Assembly (NCBI RefSeq): GCF_964355755.1 | Contig: NC_092673.1 | Coordinates: 5,208,001 to 5,272,000, forward strand | Origin: Antedon mediterranea | Lineage: Eukaryota; Animalia; Echinodermata | Reading direction: 5' to 3' | Length of the DNA stretch: 64,000 nucleotides | Shown: in pieces, positions 37,201-52,200 of the stretch | Layout of the letters: every line of letters starts with the position of its first letter | Position numbering within the stretch: the first letter of the stretch is position 1 | The notes under the pieces: generated by a model | Seen by the model: the letters and a program-made list of their open reading frames with translations, nothing else | What the model was told of the DNA's origin: nothing | The model's database searches: none | Program-made: the position numbers and the translations under genes

Positions 37201-40200
37201 AACTTTATGGGTTTGTTTGTTAATGTACTAAAGCTCTGTCTACACTACCAAACTAGTTTGAAAGTGTGATGAGCCCAAATATGGTAGTGATATGACATCG
37301 TCATGTCCATATATGGGCACATCACATTTTCGTCAAATAAAGTTTGATAGTGTAGACAGAGCTTAATGTGACAAGATAGTCCTATCTATGTTTTCTCTCA
37401 ATGTTTATTTCTTATGCATACTTATGTGCATTTATAAATGAATTCCATACATTTGTATGGCCTGTAAATGATGATTAATGCCTATAAAAGAGATCTACTT
37501 TGGATATCAAGCATAGATTTATCTTAAATAAAAACATAAGCAAGTTAAGTGAAGTATTTTGAATAAAAAAATATTTTGGCACAAACTAATTGGCATACTG
37601 TAAATGCAACTGAACCACAGCTAATAAATAACAGGTAATTTTCACATAAAAACATTGAGATTTAAAACAGATCATGATTGCAGCTATGGAACATGAACAG
37701 CAGTACCACACTGTATCTTTACTGTATTATTATTAAGGTTGATGGATAACGTATGACCTTATTTGGCCTTGTAAACATTAAATGATGATGTTTCCGGCAC
37801 GCCACTTGACTCATGTCTATGTGTTCTTAATAAAGGCAACGCAATGTTCAGGTCAGAAATAATTATGCCATATTACTATTAATCTTAAATTGTATTTTAT
37901 TTTTCCTCTATAAGTATATTTAAAACTAGGAAAGATACTTCGCCTAGGCAGTTTTCAAATTTAGTTTAAAATCTTCTCGGTTAAATTTAGGTCATGACAA
38001 TTCATGTGTTTGGATGCGTACATGTAACAATAGCAAAAATGAACAAACAAGCAGCAAATTTCCTAATTAAATTTCTCTAGTTTTATAATTAAAAATAATT
38101 TTAATTCAATTGTAAACGCTACATTTTTTTGGTTTTAAACCATGAACTGAGAATGTTTTAAAACAAGATTTAAGAGTTTCTGTAAAAAATATGCCAGGCT
38201 ATTACAACTAAACAATTGCTCAAATGGGATTATTTTGCTGCCATTTATGATGCCAACAATCTGCCAATAAAACATGACGTTGTTAGGTGGTTAAAAAACA
38301 ATTCCCACACTCAAATTGAATGTCACCTATATACAACTATACACACACATGACAATGTCACCTATATACAACTATACACACACATGACAATGTCACCTAT
38401 ATACAACTATACACACACATGGCAATGTCACCTATATACAACTATACAAGCACATGACAATGTCACCTATATACAACTATACAAGCACATGACAATGTCA
38501 CCTATATACAACTATACAAGCACATGACAATGTCACCTATATACAACTATACAAGCACATGACAATGTCACCTATATACAACTATACAAGCACATGACAA
38601 TGTCACCTATATACAACTATACACACACATGACAATGTCACCTATATACAACTATACACACACATGACAATGTCACCTATATATAACTATACACGCACAT
38701 GACAATGTCACCTATATACAACTATACACACACATGGCAATGTCACCTATATACAACTATACACACACATGACAATGTCACCTATATACAACTATACACA
38801 CACATGACAATGTCACCTATATACAACTATACACGCACATGACAATGTCACCTATATACAACTATACACACACATGACAATGTCACCTATATACAACTAT
38901 ACACACACATGACAATGTCACCTATATACAACTATACAAGCACATGACAATGTCACCTATATGACATGACAACATTAAGTTGTTTATATACAGTTCCAAC
39001 ATTGATTTAGAATATTAGAAGTTTGTCCATGTTAAATATGACATGGTTGAAATGTTTGCCTAAAAAGCTCTGTTTACACTATCAAACTTTATGCACAACA
39101 AAAAAATGTGATGTGTCCATATATATGGATATATATGTCATACCACTACCATATTTGGGCATATCATTACCATATTTAGGCGCATCACACTTTTTTTGTC
39201 AAACTAGTTTTATAGTGTAGACAAAGCTTTACAATCTGAATCCTGACCAATACTTACTTCGAATGTCTTCGAAGCCATCCCAGAATTCCTTCATTGGCAC
39301 TCCTTGGATGACGTTGGAGGTGCGACAGTTCACGAGGTCATTCTCCAGCTCACCGAACATTCGACTAAATGTTGAAGGGTGCCAAAGTTTTTGGCTGAGG
39401 ACCTTGTGACAGCCGCTAACTAAAACCGGCTGTAAGAGATAAAACAATCACTTTGTTATTTACTTGTTACTTCAGCACCAATCAATTATCCAATCTTATT
39501 TCACATTAGTACACCCTGAAGTTTTCTACTGAAACTACATATTCTAAGAACAAGTATATATATAATTCAATGAAACGCTTTTGCAAAGCTGTTTCGGTTT
39601 CTTCAATAAAAACAAATCATGTTGGAGCCAAAATCTATATTTAAAGAGACAGTCTTGATGGAAAACCATCAATCACTCAGTAAGACAAACAAGTATTAGC
39701 CCCTCTTTAACTCAGCGATATATTACTTCAATAAATCAATCAATCAAAAAACATAGTAACAAGAAGTGCTCCAAATGGATGTCATTTCAATATTATACTT
39801 ATATAATTGCAGAAAGTCTGTGAGGAGAGGAACAATGTCTAGTCTCTATACAATTTATGGCATGTCAATGAATACTGGATTTCAATCACATGCCACCAAC
39901 TGGATTTCAGTTTTTGGACCAGTGCCAACAAGCTACTGAATTTGCGAATTTGAATGGATTCAAAATGAGTAGATGAATTCACCTAAATTGATTTGATGTT
40001 TAATTATCTAAAGAGAAAGAAAAATCACAACCATGCAGGCCTTGTCTTTTGAAAATTATAGGTATGCTACAAATTTGCACTCCTCAATACATTCAGAGGT
40101 GCTGTTTATATTGTGGTGTGTAGAAGTTTACCAAATTTAAGAGTATTGTAAATCGCATTCCTCAAGGGCAGTTTAGGAGTGTTAGGTGAGTGATCGCACT

Positions 40201-43200
40201 CGCTCGCCTTAATCCTGGCTTAACCCTGGCTATGCCACTAAGCAACACTACCGATTGAATAACTTACCTCTCCACGTCGCCATTGCTCCTGGAATATCCT
40301 TAAATTACCCTTATGTCGTGGATCGTGAAGTCGTAATAAACGGCCATCACACAGCCAGGAATGCGGTACATCTGGGAATCTCATACTAGACTCTACTAAT
40401 GTATGGCGAACCTGGCCGTCTTCTAAGTTAAAATTAGGGTTCATAAACATGGCCGTGGGCTCCATTGTTTGTATGTTAGCATTTTTGCTTTGTTTAGTCT
40501 GTGTAATAGCACTTCGTTCTTGTTTAGTCAAGGTGGTTGATGCAATGTTCTGTTCTACTACAGACGCAATAATATCCTCAAACGTCCCGGTCACCATGCG
40601 CTTTCCACTGTTGTTTTCACCTTTAAAAAAATAAGCAGACAAGAACGAACCGCCAGACATTGTCGTTGGTGGTTTTGCAAGTTTATCTGCGGTTTTTGTT
40701 AATAGTTCTCGCAACGTACTGGAAGGCGAGTCTCTACGTTTATCTGTCGAGTTTCCCTTTGTGTCATCCAGAGGTTCTACTGACTCGCCAGTTTGACTGT
40801 TTGTGTCCGATTGTGTCGATGTAGCAATGTCAGCAAGGATTTGTAATGATGATGCGTTTGAATTGGACGTCTTTGATGAATTTTTGTTATCCTTTGATTT
40901 CATTTTAGGTCCAGTCAACACAGTTTCAGCTAAGATATTCTGTAAATATAAAATGTAATAAATTAAATATTATACAGAAAAACCCATATCATCATCAGAT
41001 ACAATTGTTACTGTTAGAAATTCAGTGGGATATTTTTCCCCTTTCAATAATTTTATTCAATCATTGAAACAAACTACAATCATTAAGTATCTTTGGGTCA
41101 AAAAGAGTACAAACCAAGGAAAAGATACAATTCTATATATAGAAAGAAGTCAATACATGTTTGGCATATTTTCAAATTGTAAGAAGGTTGGATTGCCAAT
41201 CTTTGAATCTTGAATTAAAATGATATATTTATTTCAATTTCATAGATAATTTGAATAATGTTCCAATGCCAATTTTTTTTATTTTTGTCTAGTAGAATAT
41301 ACGCATAGCAAAGTCAGTCGGCACAAGTGGTTAATTGCAGTATGGGTTGTTATTAGAAAAGTTGGCCGACTGCTTGTAATAAAAAAAAGTTATCGCAGTA
41401 TGGGTTGTCAATATAATAGTAAAGTCGGCCGACCGCTTGTAATAAAAAAGTTGTCGCAGTATGGGTTATTAGCAAAAGTCAGACGCCACAAGCAGCCTGG
41501 GGTTTATCGCAGCATGGGTTGTTTTTAGCAAAGTCGGCCGACTCCTTGCAATCAAAAAGCTATCGCAGTATGGGTTGTTATTAACAAAGTCGGTCAGCCC
41601 CTTGTTATCAAACAGCCTGTGGTTTATCGCTATATGGGTTTTTTGAATTGAGAAGGAAATGAATACATCCTTCAAATTGAACATAACAAGAATTATATCT
41701 GACAAGTTGTACAAGTTTTAAATGCATCATATCAAACATGGTTTTTACACGGGCAAACATCTAAATCTCTGTCTACACTATCAAACTTTATGTGACAACA
41801 AAAATGTGATGTGGCCAAATATGGTAGTGATATGCTTAAATATGGTAGTGATATGACATCATCATGTCAATATATGGGCATGTCACATTTTTTTGTCACA
41901 TGAAGCGTTATCAAATTAATCATATTTGTAGATAAACCTTTTACCTACAATCTATGAATTAATCTTAATTAATCTTTTGATGAGCAATACAAATGCTGTG
42001 CCTGTCATTAAATACATGTGTTTATCTCCATAAGACGATCAAAACATTTTTTAAATTTAACAACAAATAGAAGTTATTAAATGAAAATGATTATAGGACT
42101 CACAAATGTTGTACTAAACTAACTACAGCAGAACCTCTATCAAAGGGACATCATAAAGACTGACATGGGGTTGGCTGTAGTAACTACAGCAGAACCTCTA
42201 TTAAAGGGACATCATCAGGACTGACATGGGGTTGGCTGTAGTTTGAAAACATTGTTTTCGGTTTATTGGGAAAATTTAACGTTTGCTGTGAGATGTATCG
42301 CCTTAATAATAGGAGTGTCCCCTGAATAGAAGTGTCCTAAGGGTGGAGTTATACTGTATGTACTAAATTATTTGTAAATTAGTTGAGGGGTATGAATCAT
42401 TTGAGTTACAGCGATGTATTTTGCTTAAGCTGTCCCTGCCCAGTCGTGCAAATACTCCTCCCTACAACTCATAAATGTTTTGTAACAAACCTGTGATGTT
42501 CCATTGATTGCTGCAAGTTTGCCGTTCTTTGTGCATTTACAGTTGGGGTTGACATTCCATTTCACCCTCATCTTGTGCACCATCTCACCCACATCCCACA
42601 GAGCTGATTGAGAAAGTAATTATATAGAATTAAGATGGTGTTTGAGACAATTACGTATACACAGATCAATACAGGTTTTAATAGTTGTACTCAAATAGTT
42701 TGTACTCAAGTTAACAAGCTATACAAAACAACCTTATTGCTACACATTTTGAAAATTGTGTAGCAAAAAATACAATACAAAACTATGTTTCTCGACTTAA
42801 AAATCAGTTCGATTAGCAATATTGCTAAACAAAATTGTTAAATGAAAATTTTCCCTGACTCAAGTTAACAGAGTGACGCCTGTTATATTGAAGAGAAAGG
42901 TTTATTCCTTAAGGTGTCCAGGTGTAAATAGATAGGAGGATCTTGTTTGATACTTACCGTCTTTGGGTATAATCTGTGTGAGCATTAGATTTTCAACATG
43001 ATGTACTTGGTCTTTTATACACTTCAGCCAGCGTTGAGGGTATTTCCCATCTATGTCTATTAAAAAATATAATATATCCTTAAAATAAGCACATACAAAC
43101 CTACTATTAACCATTTAATGCATGTAACTATGTAGTGAACTTTACTAGCCAGATATCTCACTAAAATACACAGTGCAAAGAACTAACCTACTATACTGTA

Positions 43201-46200
43201 CTGTGTTTCTTCACTTTAATTGAACAGCTTTTCATGGAAATTTATCTTTTTTTAATAATAATATATATAATATTACTGTAATTAAAGGATCTAGATTTAT
43301 TTTTTATTATTAACATATCAATTAGACATACAAAATCCAAAAAAAATGATTTTTGTAAATTATAATTCCATTTAATAAACAAAGATAATGGAAAATCATA
43401 AAATATTACGGTGATATTTGATTGATCATTATTACGATGCTCCCAGTTCATGCACTTCAAATGAGCATCAGAGCGAAACCACTTTACCAATTCATTTATA
43501 ATTCACAATCGGATGACTACTACTAAATAAAAAACACGACTCAATTGCGTTATACAGCCTGTACGTACCTTCATCACCGCTGTTCTTTCTCGATTTGTAA
43601 CAATCCAAGCAGACAACAAAGCCACACTTGGGGCATGTCCAATGGATGTTAAAGAGTGTTGTGTCGCATGTATCGCACATTTCCCGTACACCCGTCACGG
43701 CACGTTTCCATGCAATTTTGCCTAATATTAATATATTATAACATAGTTATGTATAACGTAAAAATAAACTTTATTTAAAGGGTTAAAGACACTTGAGTAT
43801 TATACAGGAAAGAATAGCAATTATATTAAGCATAAGAGGAAATGTATTATTACTATACTCAGAATGTATGAATGAATGGCTTTGTTACTTATATAGTCAA
43901 TAAAAATGCTGCCTAAAGGAAATAGGCATTTGTGAAGAAAGTGTATGCCATATTATATATAATATAATTATATTCGATCCCAGTACTTTGCCCTCGTATA
44001 TAGTATCTATATAAATTATCATTTTAAATATATGAATAACTCATTCAGTAATTGATATAGATAGATATTATATACAAGGAAGTAGTACTGGGATGGAACA
44101 AAATTATGGAAATAATTAAAATGTAGACAAAGAAATATAGGCTAGACTTAGAATAGCTACATAAAGCTCTGTACACACTATCAAACTAGTGTGATGTGCC
44201 CAAATATAGTAGTGATATGCCCAAATGTGGTAGTAAATGACATCATCGTGTCCATATATGGGCACATCACATAAAGTTAGTGTAGACAGAGTTTAAGATA
44301 ACTTACCATTCTCCATGGTAATGGCCTTTGCCTCTCTCTCCTGTTGAACCAAATCACAGAATTGGTCACCAACTTTCGAAAGAATATACTTGGACGTGTT
44401 CACATCTAGCGGACAGTCTGGGTCAGGGTACGGCAGCCAGGGGTCAAGATCTTCCTGTTCACAGTGACACGGCTCAGAGAAACCTGCTATTGTTAAGTTG
44501 CTATTCCTACTATACTTCAGCCTGAAAAATAAATACAAATTTAACAGTAATCATTTTGTTGTTTTTTGTGAAGTAATATACTGTATATATATTTATATAA
44601 TTATATTATAATAAAATTGTTAATGCAATTCAAGTATAATCCCATCCATACGATATATATAAGCTTTTTTCCAGCAACTCTCTAATTCTTTGCATGCGTA
44701 ATGAACACAACCGCAACTATTGGGCATATTTCCAGAATTGCATACGCACGTTAACAGACAGTTAGTAATTACCTACTGGATAAATAGATTCTTTAGGCAA
44801 ACAAAAAAAATACACTTTCATTTTCTCTATTCCCTATCTTGCTTAAAGAAACGGACCAGAAATAATAAGCTTGTTAATTTAATAATGAAAACTTTCCGAC
44901 ATACTTCGCAAATATTACGTGTAACGTAGTATAATATTCAGTATGTTCTATCGTCGACATTGAATATGGTAATTATTTGCGGGATTGCCTGGTTGCAATT
45001 ACAGATTTTGATTCATGATGACATCTATTCATCGATAATGAATGCAAACATATGGACTTGATTACATCAAACAAAAGGCGTTTATATCTATTTTTTTTCC
45101 AGTTGAACTTTCGATTGCTATTGACGATCTAAGCAACATTATGGTAGGCAATGAAAGTATGTTTTTTAATGTAACAATCGAGAGTAACCGATTTCCCTAT
45201 AACTGTGAGATAAATCATAATTAGACACTTTGTTGACAGATCCATTATTTAGATTAATCAGATCACCTTTTGCTACTAATGTCGTACTCAATACAACATG
45301 GTATTATTATTTTTTATACTTTTTCCTACACGAGACAGTACCTCAACCTTATTTATTGTTCCCCATGACAATATTAAAAAACATTACCCCATTTTACGAT
45401 TAACCTTTCATCGGTTGTCCCCAATTCTTTTATCATTTCTAAATATTACTACCTTGAAAAAGTGCGATGCTAACGCACGCACGAAACGTTGGTAAGTTCA
45501 ACGTTTATCTTCACCTTCACTAAAAACAAAAATTTGATTTCAAAAATATTTTGGGAAGGAGATGAATTTTTTTCAATTTTAAATATTACATGTTGTTAAT
45601 AAAAGTGTAGATATTATTACAGACATATTTGGTTATTTTTATCCCTGAGATGTATTAAAATACTTATTTATTGTTTATTCGTCATGCCAAATTAAATATA
45701 ACATAAACCTTTTGCTATTACCTTTTACCATCATTTAGAACATTACTTCTTTTTAATTGAAGGGCAGATATGTTACACACATACTTGTTTATTTATTTAG
45801 CGATTTTTGTCATGGCAACAAATAACATAACCTCTTTTATAGTAACTTTTCCCCTCCTGTCCCCAATTTTTGTTTTTATAGGCTGCTTTATAATGTTGTT
45901 TTTATTCGAAAGGGAAAACAACATCATGACCTGATGTATCAGATGACCTTTTAAAAGTAAATCAATTTCTTTCAGAAAACATTGTGGTTTTTAACTTATT
46001 AGATATAAATCATTTTATGGGTTACAGCCAACTGCTAGATACAAAGGGCAAAATAACATGCATGCTTTCAATATATGAACCGACCGATGTGTATGCGTAC
46101 ATCGCTAGTCGGCCAACAAGGTTATGTAGGAACTTTAGATTAACATTTTAATGTCCTGAGGTTTTGTAAATATATCTGTCTCAAATAGTTTTCCACTCAT

Positions 46201-49200
46201 ATTTATATCAGAAAGTTAGAATTGTACATTATTTGATGAAATCAAAGGTTCTTTAAGTTCTAAAATGATTCCGATATAAACCCCAACTACCCCACCCTCT
46301 ATAAATATCAAACTGGAATAATTTTTTTGGGTAAAAATTATTCTAAATTTGGGCTTAATTGATCAATACAATATTTGTAACAAATGAAGGATAAATAATA
46401 TTAAAAGAAAAATTAATTTCCCTTGTATTATGTAATAAATAGATTATAATTCTACCTGTGGGTTTACATACATATAGAGAATTTGATAGATAATTTTGTA
46501 CTGATTATAGTTGAATATCTGTCCAAGACACTTCTTGTAACAATTACATTTGCTGTATTGACATATAGGAGCTGTTATATTTACCTTCTAAAAGCGTAAA
46601 ACCGACAAAAAATGTTGAGCTTGGAATGACGACTGCTTGGCTTCATTCTACACTCCCTGCACTTCATCAAGTTGGGCGTCACGTCGCAACACGATCCATC
46701 TTGTAAAAATGCCTCTCCTGTCTTTTTTAGCTTTGCGATAGGTGGTTTCACTAATGCACGGGTTATATTCAAGGCTATTATTAAAAAGAAATTATATTAT
46801 TTGTTGGTAAAAAATAAACATTTTGTTGCCTTGTTAGATTGTTAGGCTGGATCAATGAGACGGCTTGTGAATATCCACAAGTCTTCATCCAAGACCAGAA
46901 ACCAAATTGTAAATTGACCTGAAACCCAGAGTGGATATTAGCTGAAAAACTCCCAATTACCAGTGAGAAATGGTTACATAGTAGGCAGATACCTACAAGA
47001 TATGCACCACTGAGATTTAGACAACATAATGGAAAATTAGATGAGAAAATTAGAAAAACAAGCAAACTAAACTACATATAAATAAAAAATGAGGATTAGT
47101 AAAAAGATAGTTAATAAGAATAAAAGAAGTAACTGCATAATAGGGTTATGACAAATAAAAAAGCAACATATATTTAAAATGTATAGATTAGTATTAAGTT
47201 CTGTCTACACTATCAAACATTATGTGACAAAAAGTGTGATTTACCCAAATGTGGTACTGATATGCTTAAATGTGGTAGTGATATGCTCAAATATGGTAGT
47301 GATATGCCCAAATATGATAGTGATATGACATCATCGTGTCCATATATGGGCACATCACATTGTTTTGTCAAGTTTGATAGTGTAGACAGAGCTTTAGTAA
47401 GTCATAGAAAGTAGTAGTAGATAATACTATGGTACTTTATTAATGTACTTTATTAATAAACTGTTGATTTTATACAAAATTTTATCTAAACAATTATTAT
47501 TATTCTATGAATTTGTTTGGAGATTGGGATAGGAGAAAATCAAAACCGCCTAATGTTGAACTTTATGATTGTATGGTGTAAAACGATGTTTTATTATAAA
47601 AAAGAAAATTTCCAATGAAGAGAATTGGTTGTTGATTTATCACCATGAAAGATCCACGAAGCAGACTTAACAAAGGCATGCTGTTGAGAATCTTTCATAC
47701 TGTACCTGTAATCTTACCATCAGATTTGGAGCGTTCTTTGCGAGCTCTTGTCTGGATAAACTTCTTAGGTGCCATGGTGGCTGGATCACGCTGTAAAGAG
47801 TAAAACAATATTTGTTTGTTACTCAAAGTAGTCAAGATCTTATTTTCTTGAAATTACCTGTATAGGAAGCATGTCTGTCTGCACGGAAGTATGCCATGCA
47901 TGGAAGCACTCTCCTCCTTTAAAAAAGAAGCTATTAAAGGCGTACTTAAGTTAAGTATCTTGTTTTGTAAAAGCTCTAAAAGTGGGTTTTGCTAGGAGTC
48001 AAACATGGTGCAAATACAGATTGTCTGTGTCTGTGATTTATAATATGACATAGGGCCTAGATAGTTATTTTTTTAACATCGTTGGGAAAAAAAGTTTGGC
48101 ACAACATAGGATTTGAACATAATTGAATGTTTTTAGTTTACCTGCAAAATGCCATTTTCTTTGACATCCTTATTAGCATCTTGTGACTCTTGATCTTTGG
48201 CTGGTGTAGAATCCTTATCATTTGCACCTTTGCGTTTTGGTTTCTTTGACTCTTTGCTCTTCCGTGACTTCTTCTTTGTACTGTTTGAAACGGATGAGCC
48301 ATCTGAACACGTGGACGAAGTTTCAAAGTCGTACACACGGTCAGGAATGGCGTCTGGAATGTCTGTAAACCTGCTGCAGGCAGTTTTGTTTAAAACGTCC
48401 GACTTTTTATCAAGTTCTGTCTGACGCACATGGCCATTATGCAAAGACGTTGGACCAGGTGAATCCGAGCTACCATCCGAAAATCGCATGACTTTAGGAT
48501 CGGATGGCCCACTTAATGAGGAATCTTTTGTGTAGGTATGGCGATGAAGCCAGGCTTTCTTTAAACTCACATGGCCTGCAGATTTATTAGGTGATGTATG
48601 CGGGTCATTCCGCTTTGATTTATCAGATGGTGAGGTGGATCGAGTACTGGTGCTGTCACTGTCCGAAATAGCACCGTTTATTCTTGGGTGGTCAGATTTT
48701 CCAGAAAGAACAGTAGCAGGTGATGAAGCACTTACATTTGAAACATTTTCAAATTGGTCCACTTTTTCAATTTTAAGTTCAACATCCTCTTTACGACCAA
48801 TTCGTAAATCTTTGGCTAATAGTTCAGCTGCTCGACCACCTGTCACTGGATTGTTCCTGTGATCTTGTACAAACCAGTTGTACTGATGTACATAGGAATG
48901 GTGAGGATGCGGTCTTCTGTCTGGATGGCCAAGCGGTCCTAAAGGAGGAGACGACTGACCATCTTTCCCTTTGGATTTCTTAGGACCAATTGACTCTTCC
49001 ATAGACGTTTTCCTTTTACCAGTAATTTCACCCCTTTCATTTGGTCTTAGAGCAGACATAAGTAACGAGGCATGTCCCTGAGTAGCTGCAGATTGAGAGG
49101 TTGTGGCAGTGTTAACTGTCCTTGCCTGCGATAAATCCATCGGCCTAAACACAGCCGCTGAAAGTTGCTGCGGGGATGCTACTTTAAGAGGCGATTGTGG

Positions 49201-52200
49201 CTGACTGGTAGACGTTCTAACAGTCAATGGCTGTTGGTGATGAGGCGATGGTGATTCACTTGACATATGAGAGGATGGTGTTTTACAGATTACTGGAACA
49301 CCTTTACCTTGTGGTGCGCTCTGTCTTCCAGATTCCACCTTCACATCAGGCCCTCTCATATGACCACCATACTGGTAATGATACTGATTTTCAAGATGAT
49401 AACGATTATACTCTTGTTTCCTATCACCAGGTCGTTCTGACCCAAATGGAATGCCTGGGTACGACTCTTTGGTTCGTGAATCGCGGCCGCTTCGTATCAG
49501 CGGCGGCGGCCCTCCAATATCCTTACCGCTCTTACCCGAAGCATGTTTCGAGTATGCGTCTGTGTGGCGAAATCCACTTTCATATCGGCTATCTGTAACA
49601 GAGAGTCTATGTTCGATATCAGCAGCTTGCGGTGCTGAGGACAAAGTATGACCAAATGGTTGATAACCTTTCATAAATTCAGAACTGCTATCTTGTTTAT
49701 GAGATAAATTTAAATGACCGACTTTAGGGTAGACAACTTGTCGGAATTCCTCAGCTCTTGAAGCAGCGGAGTAAAAAGACGACTGGCTGCCAGGTTCCGA
49801 TTTAAGAGGTGGCTGGTAAACCTGGAAGCCCTTCGGTTCTGATGAAGAACTTGAGGGACGATGAGGATGGTAGTGGCCATCACCGCCTTGTTTCTCTTGG
49901 GACATGTAGTGCCGCATATGTGGTGCATCTGATTGCGCTAAAAGACCAGCATATCCTTCACGTTCATTCTATTCAAAAAAACAATATTTTTTTTAGTTTT
50001 TAAATTTGTAAATATAATAAATGTTAATTAATGAAATTGGAAAAAAAAACAAACAACTTTTATTCCAGATATTTTGTAAAATCTAATACGAGAATGTAGC
50101 CTTCAATAAAATCTGATATGAATATTTATTTATTTACAAATCAAGAAATGAATGTTTACAGTTAGCATAAATACATATACAGTACTTTATAGGCTTATTA
50201 TACATAATTGATTCATTTTAAGAATAGCAAAGGTTGATTTCCTAGACAGTGTGCCACAAGGGGCTACTCACCTTTACCATACAGATCATGTATGCAAAAT
50301 ACATTACTTTCTCTTACATATAGTCTATCCATCATTTCATGATTTTATTAAATTATTTCAAGTAATGTTTTATTTTGTAGTTAAGATTTAATACCTTAGC
50401 AAGTCATTACAGTAGTAGCAGTGAAAAGTCTACAAAAATTACTAGGGCTAGGTATTAATTTATCGGTGTGCCTGGTGGGCTAATAAGAGGTGGGAATAGT
50501 GCAGAATAGTAAGAGGTGAGGCTAGTAAGAGATAGCCTAGTTTCACATACTCTATATTTCTGTGTAGTAGATATAGCTAGTAAACACCACAATTGAAAAA
50601 TATGCAGCTACACACGAATATGCGTAAATATCACATTCAATTCACTATGATACTCTTAATATATTACGACTGTTCAAACCATATTGAAGATGGTTTAATA
50701 CTAAAATATGTTAATTAAGGGATTTTCTCAGGACTTCACAATTCCCGTGGGAGATCAATCAATGTTACTTTTCTAGTTTTGAAAAGACATTTTGAATCTT
50801 TAAAAAGCTTTTAAACGAATACTATTCCTTATTATGTATTCAGCAGGAATATTAAAATGGTTTGAGTAGAAGAGGTTGGCATTTATCAGTACGCAATTGT
50901 CCATAGAGCATAGCAAGAATGCCAGATACAATTTCCTATCACAGTATTCACTGTCGGTTTGAAGCACTTAGGAATCGAGGATTAGTCATCTAGAATACAA
51001 AATCGCTCAATAACTCATTTTTATTAGCTTGACAACTAGCAATACACTTTATTGATTCAAAAAACGTTAAAATGTATCATAAAATATTAATATATTGGAA
51101 AGAATTCAATTGATTTCACTTCTGTTCAAAAATAAATGAACAGGAATTTATTAATCATAAGGAATTAAAATATTTATATAGGACGAAATTTAGATTAATT
51201 TTAACATTTGTTGAAAAATGAATTAATATGAAATATAAATCATTTAAAATTAAAGCATTTATTTATAGCATTAAATGGTACGAAATTTAAATTAATATAT
51301 ACATCTGTCGAACAATAAATAAATATTAATTTATACCCATAAATCATTCAATACATGGAGAATTAGTTTTTAATTTTTTAGGGATCATAAATATTAGTTT
51401 TTGAAAGGTATTATAGTTCAATTTTTTTAAATATTTTTATACTATAAATATATTATAGTTTTTAAATTGTTTTACTAATCTGTTTTTTTTTCTCGCCTGT
51501 GTTCTTCCTTTAACTCTATATTAAAAAATTTGTCTCCAATCGGCATCAATTTGGTCTTATTTGCTAAAATTTTACAACTTTTGCTTTATTTTTAGAAGAG
51601 TGTTTCATGAATAAGGGCATTTACCCACCCCTATTTCTACTAACTAGATGACCTTGGCCTTCTAATTGACATTTTAATCTAAACAAACATTTCAGAATTC
51701 ATCAGAGACAGCCTGCCTGTTGTATCTAATCGACATCTTTACATATAGTCTCTTATTATTTCCTATTATAAATTGATTTAGTCATATTTTTCCCTTTCAA
51801 CATATGACATTTTTATCGTTGGAAGAGGCAAGTATAATAAGATGAGCGATTGTCCTTGATTGGAAATGGTCTTGTGATAATGAATATTTACTTTGGAATG
51901 TGATGATTTTATTATTCTTGCAAAGAGAAAATATTGTCCTTATGTCAATTTTGTTTACTGGTTGGTTTCACATCCCTTCTCACAAAATTTTGGAGCCACA
52001 TGTCGTTTTTGTTAGATTAAAAAATTGTTTATTATAATTTTCTATTTTTAGGATAAAGGGACAAAATCCAACATTCTCAGATTACAGGTGACCTTTGACA
52101 TTACATTTTTTTTCCTAAACTTAATCAAAATATTCTTATCATTGTCCCACAATACTTAATAAAAGTCATATCAAAATATTATTTACTGTCAGAATATTGT

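Noticed and set aside
44905-44960. Possible alternative coding first exon of KDM3 (ATG...GAA|gtatgt, minus strand, near TACGTG)
   Set aside because: A phase 0 donor is incompatible with the phase 2 acceptor at 44521, and there is no other support.
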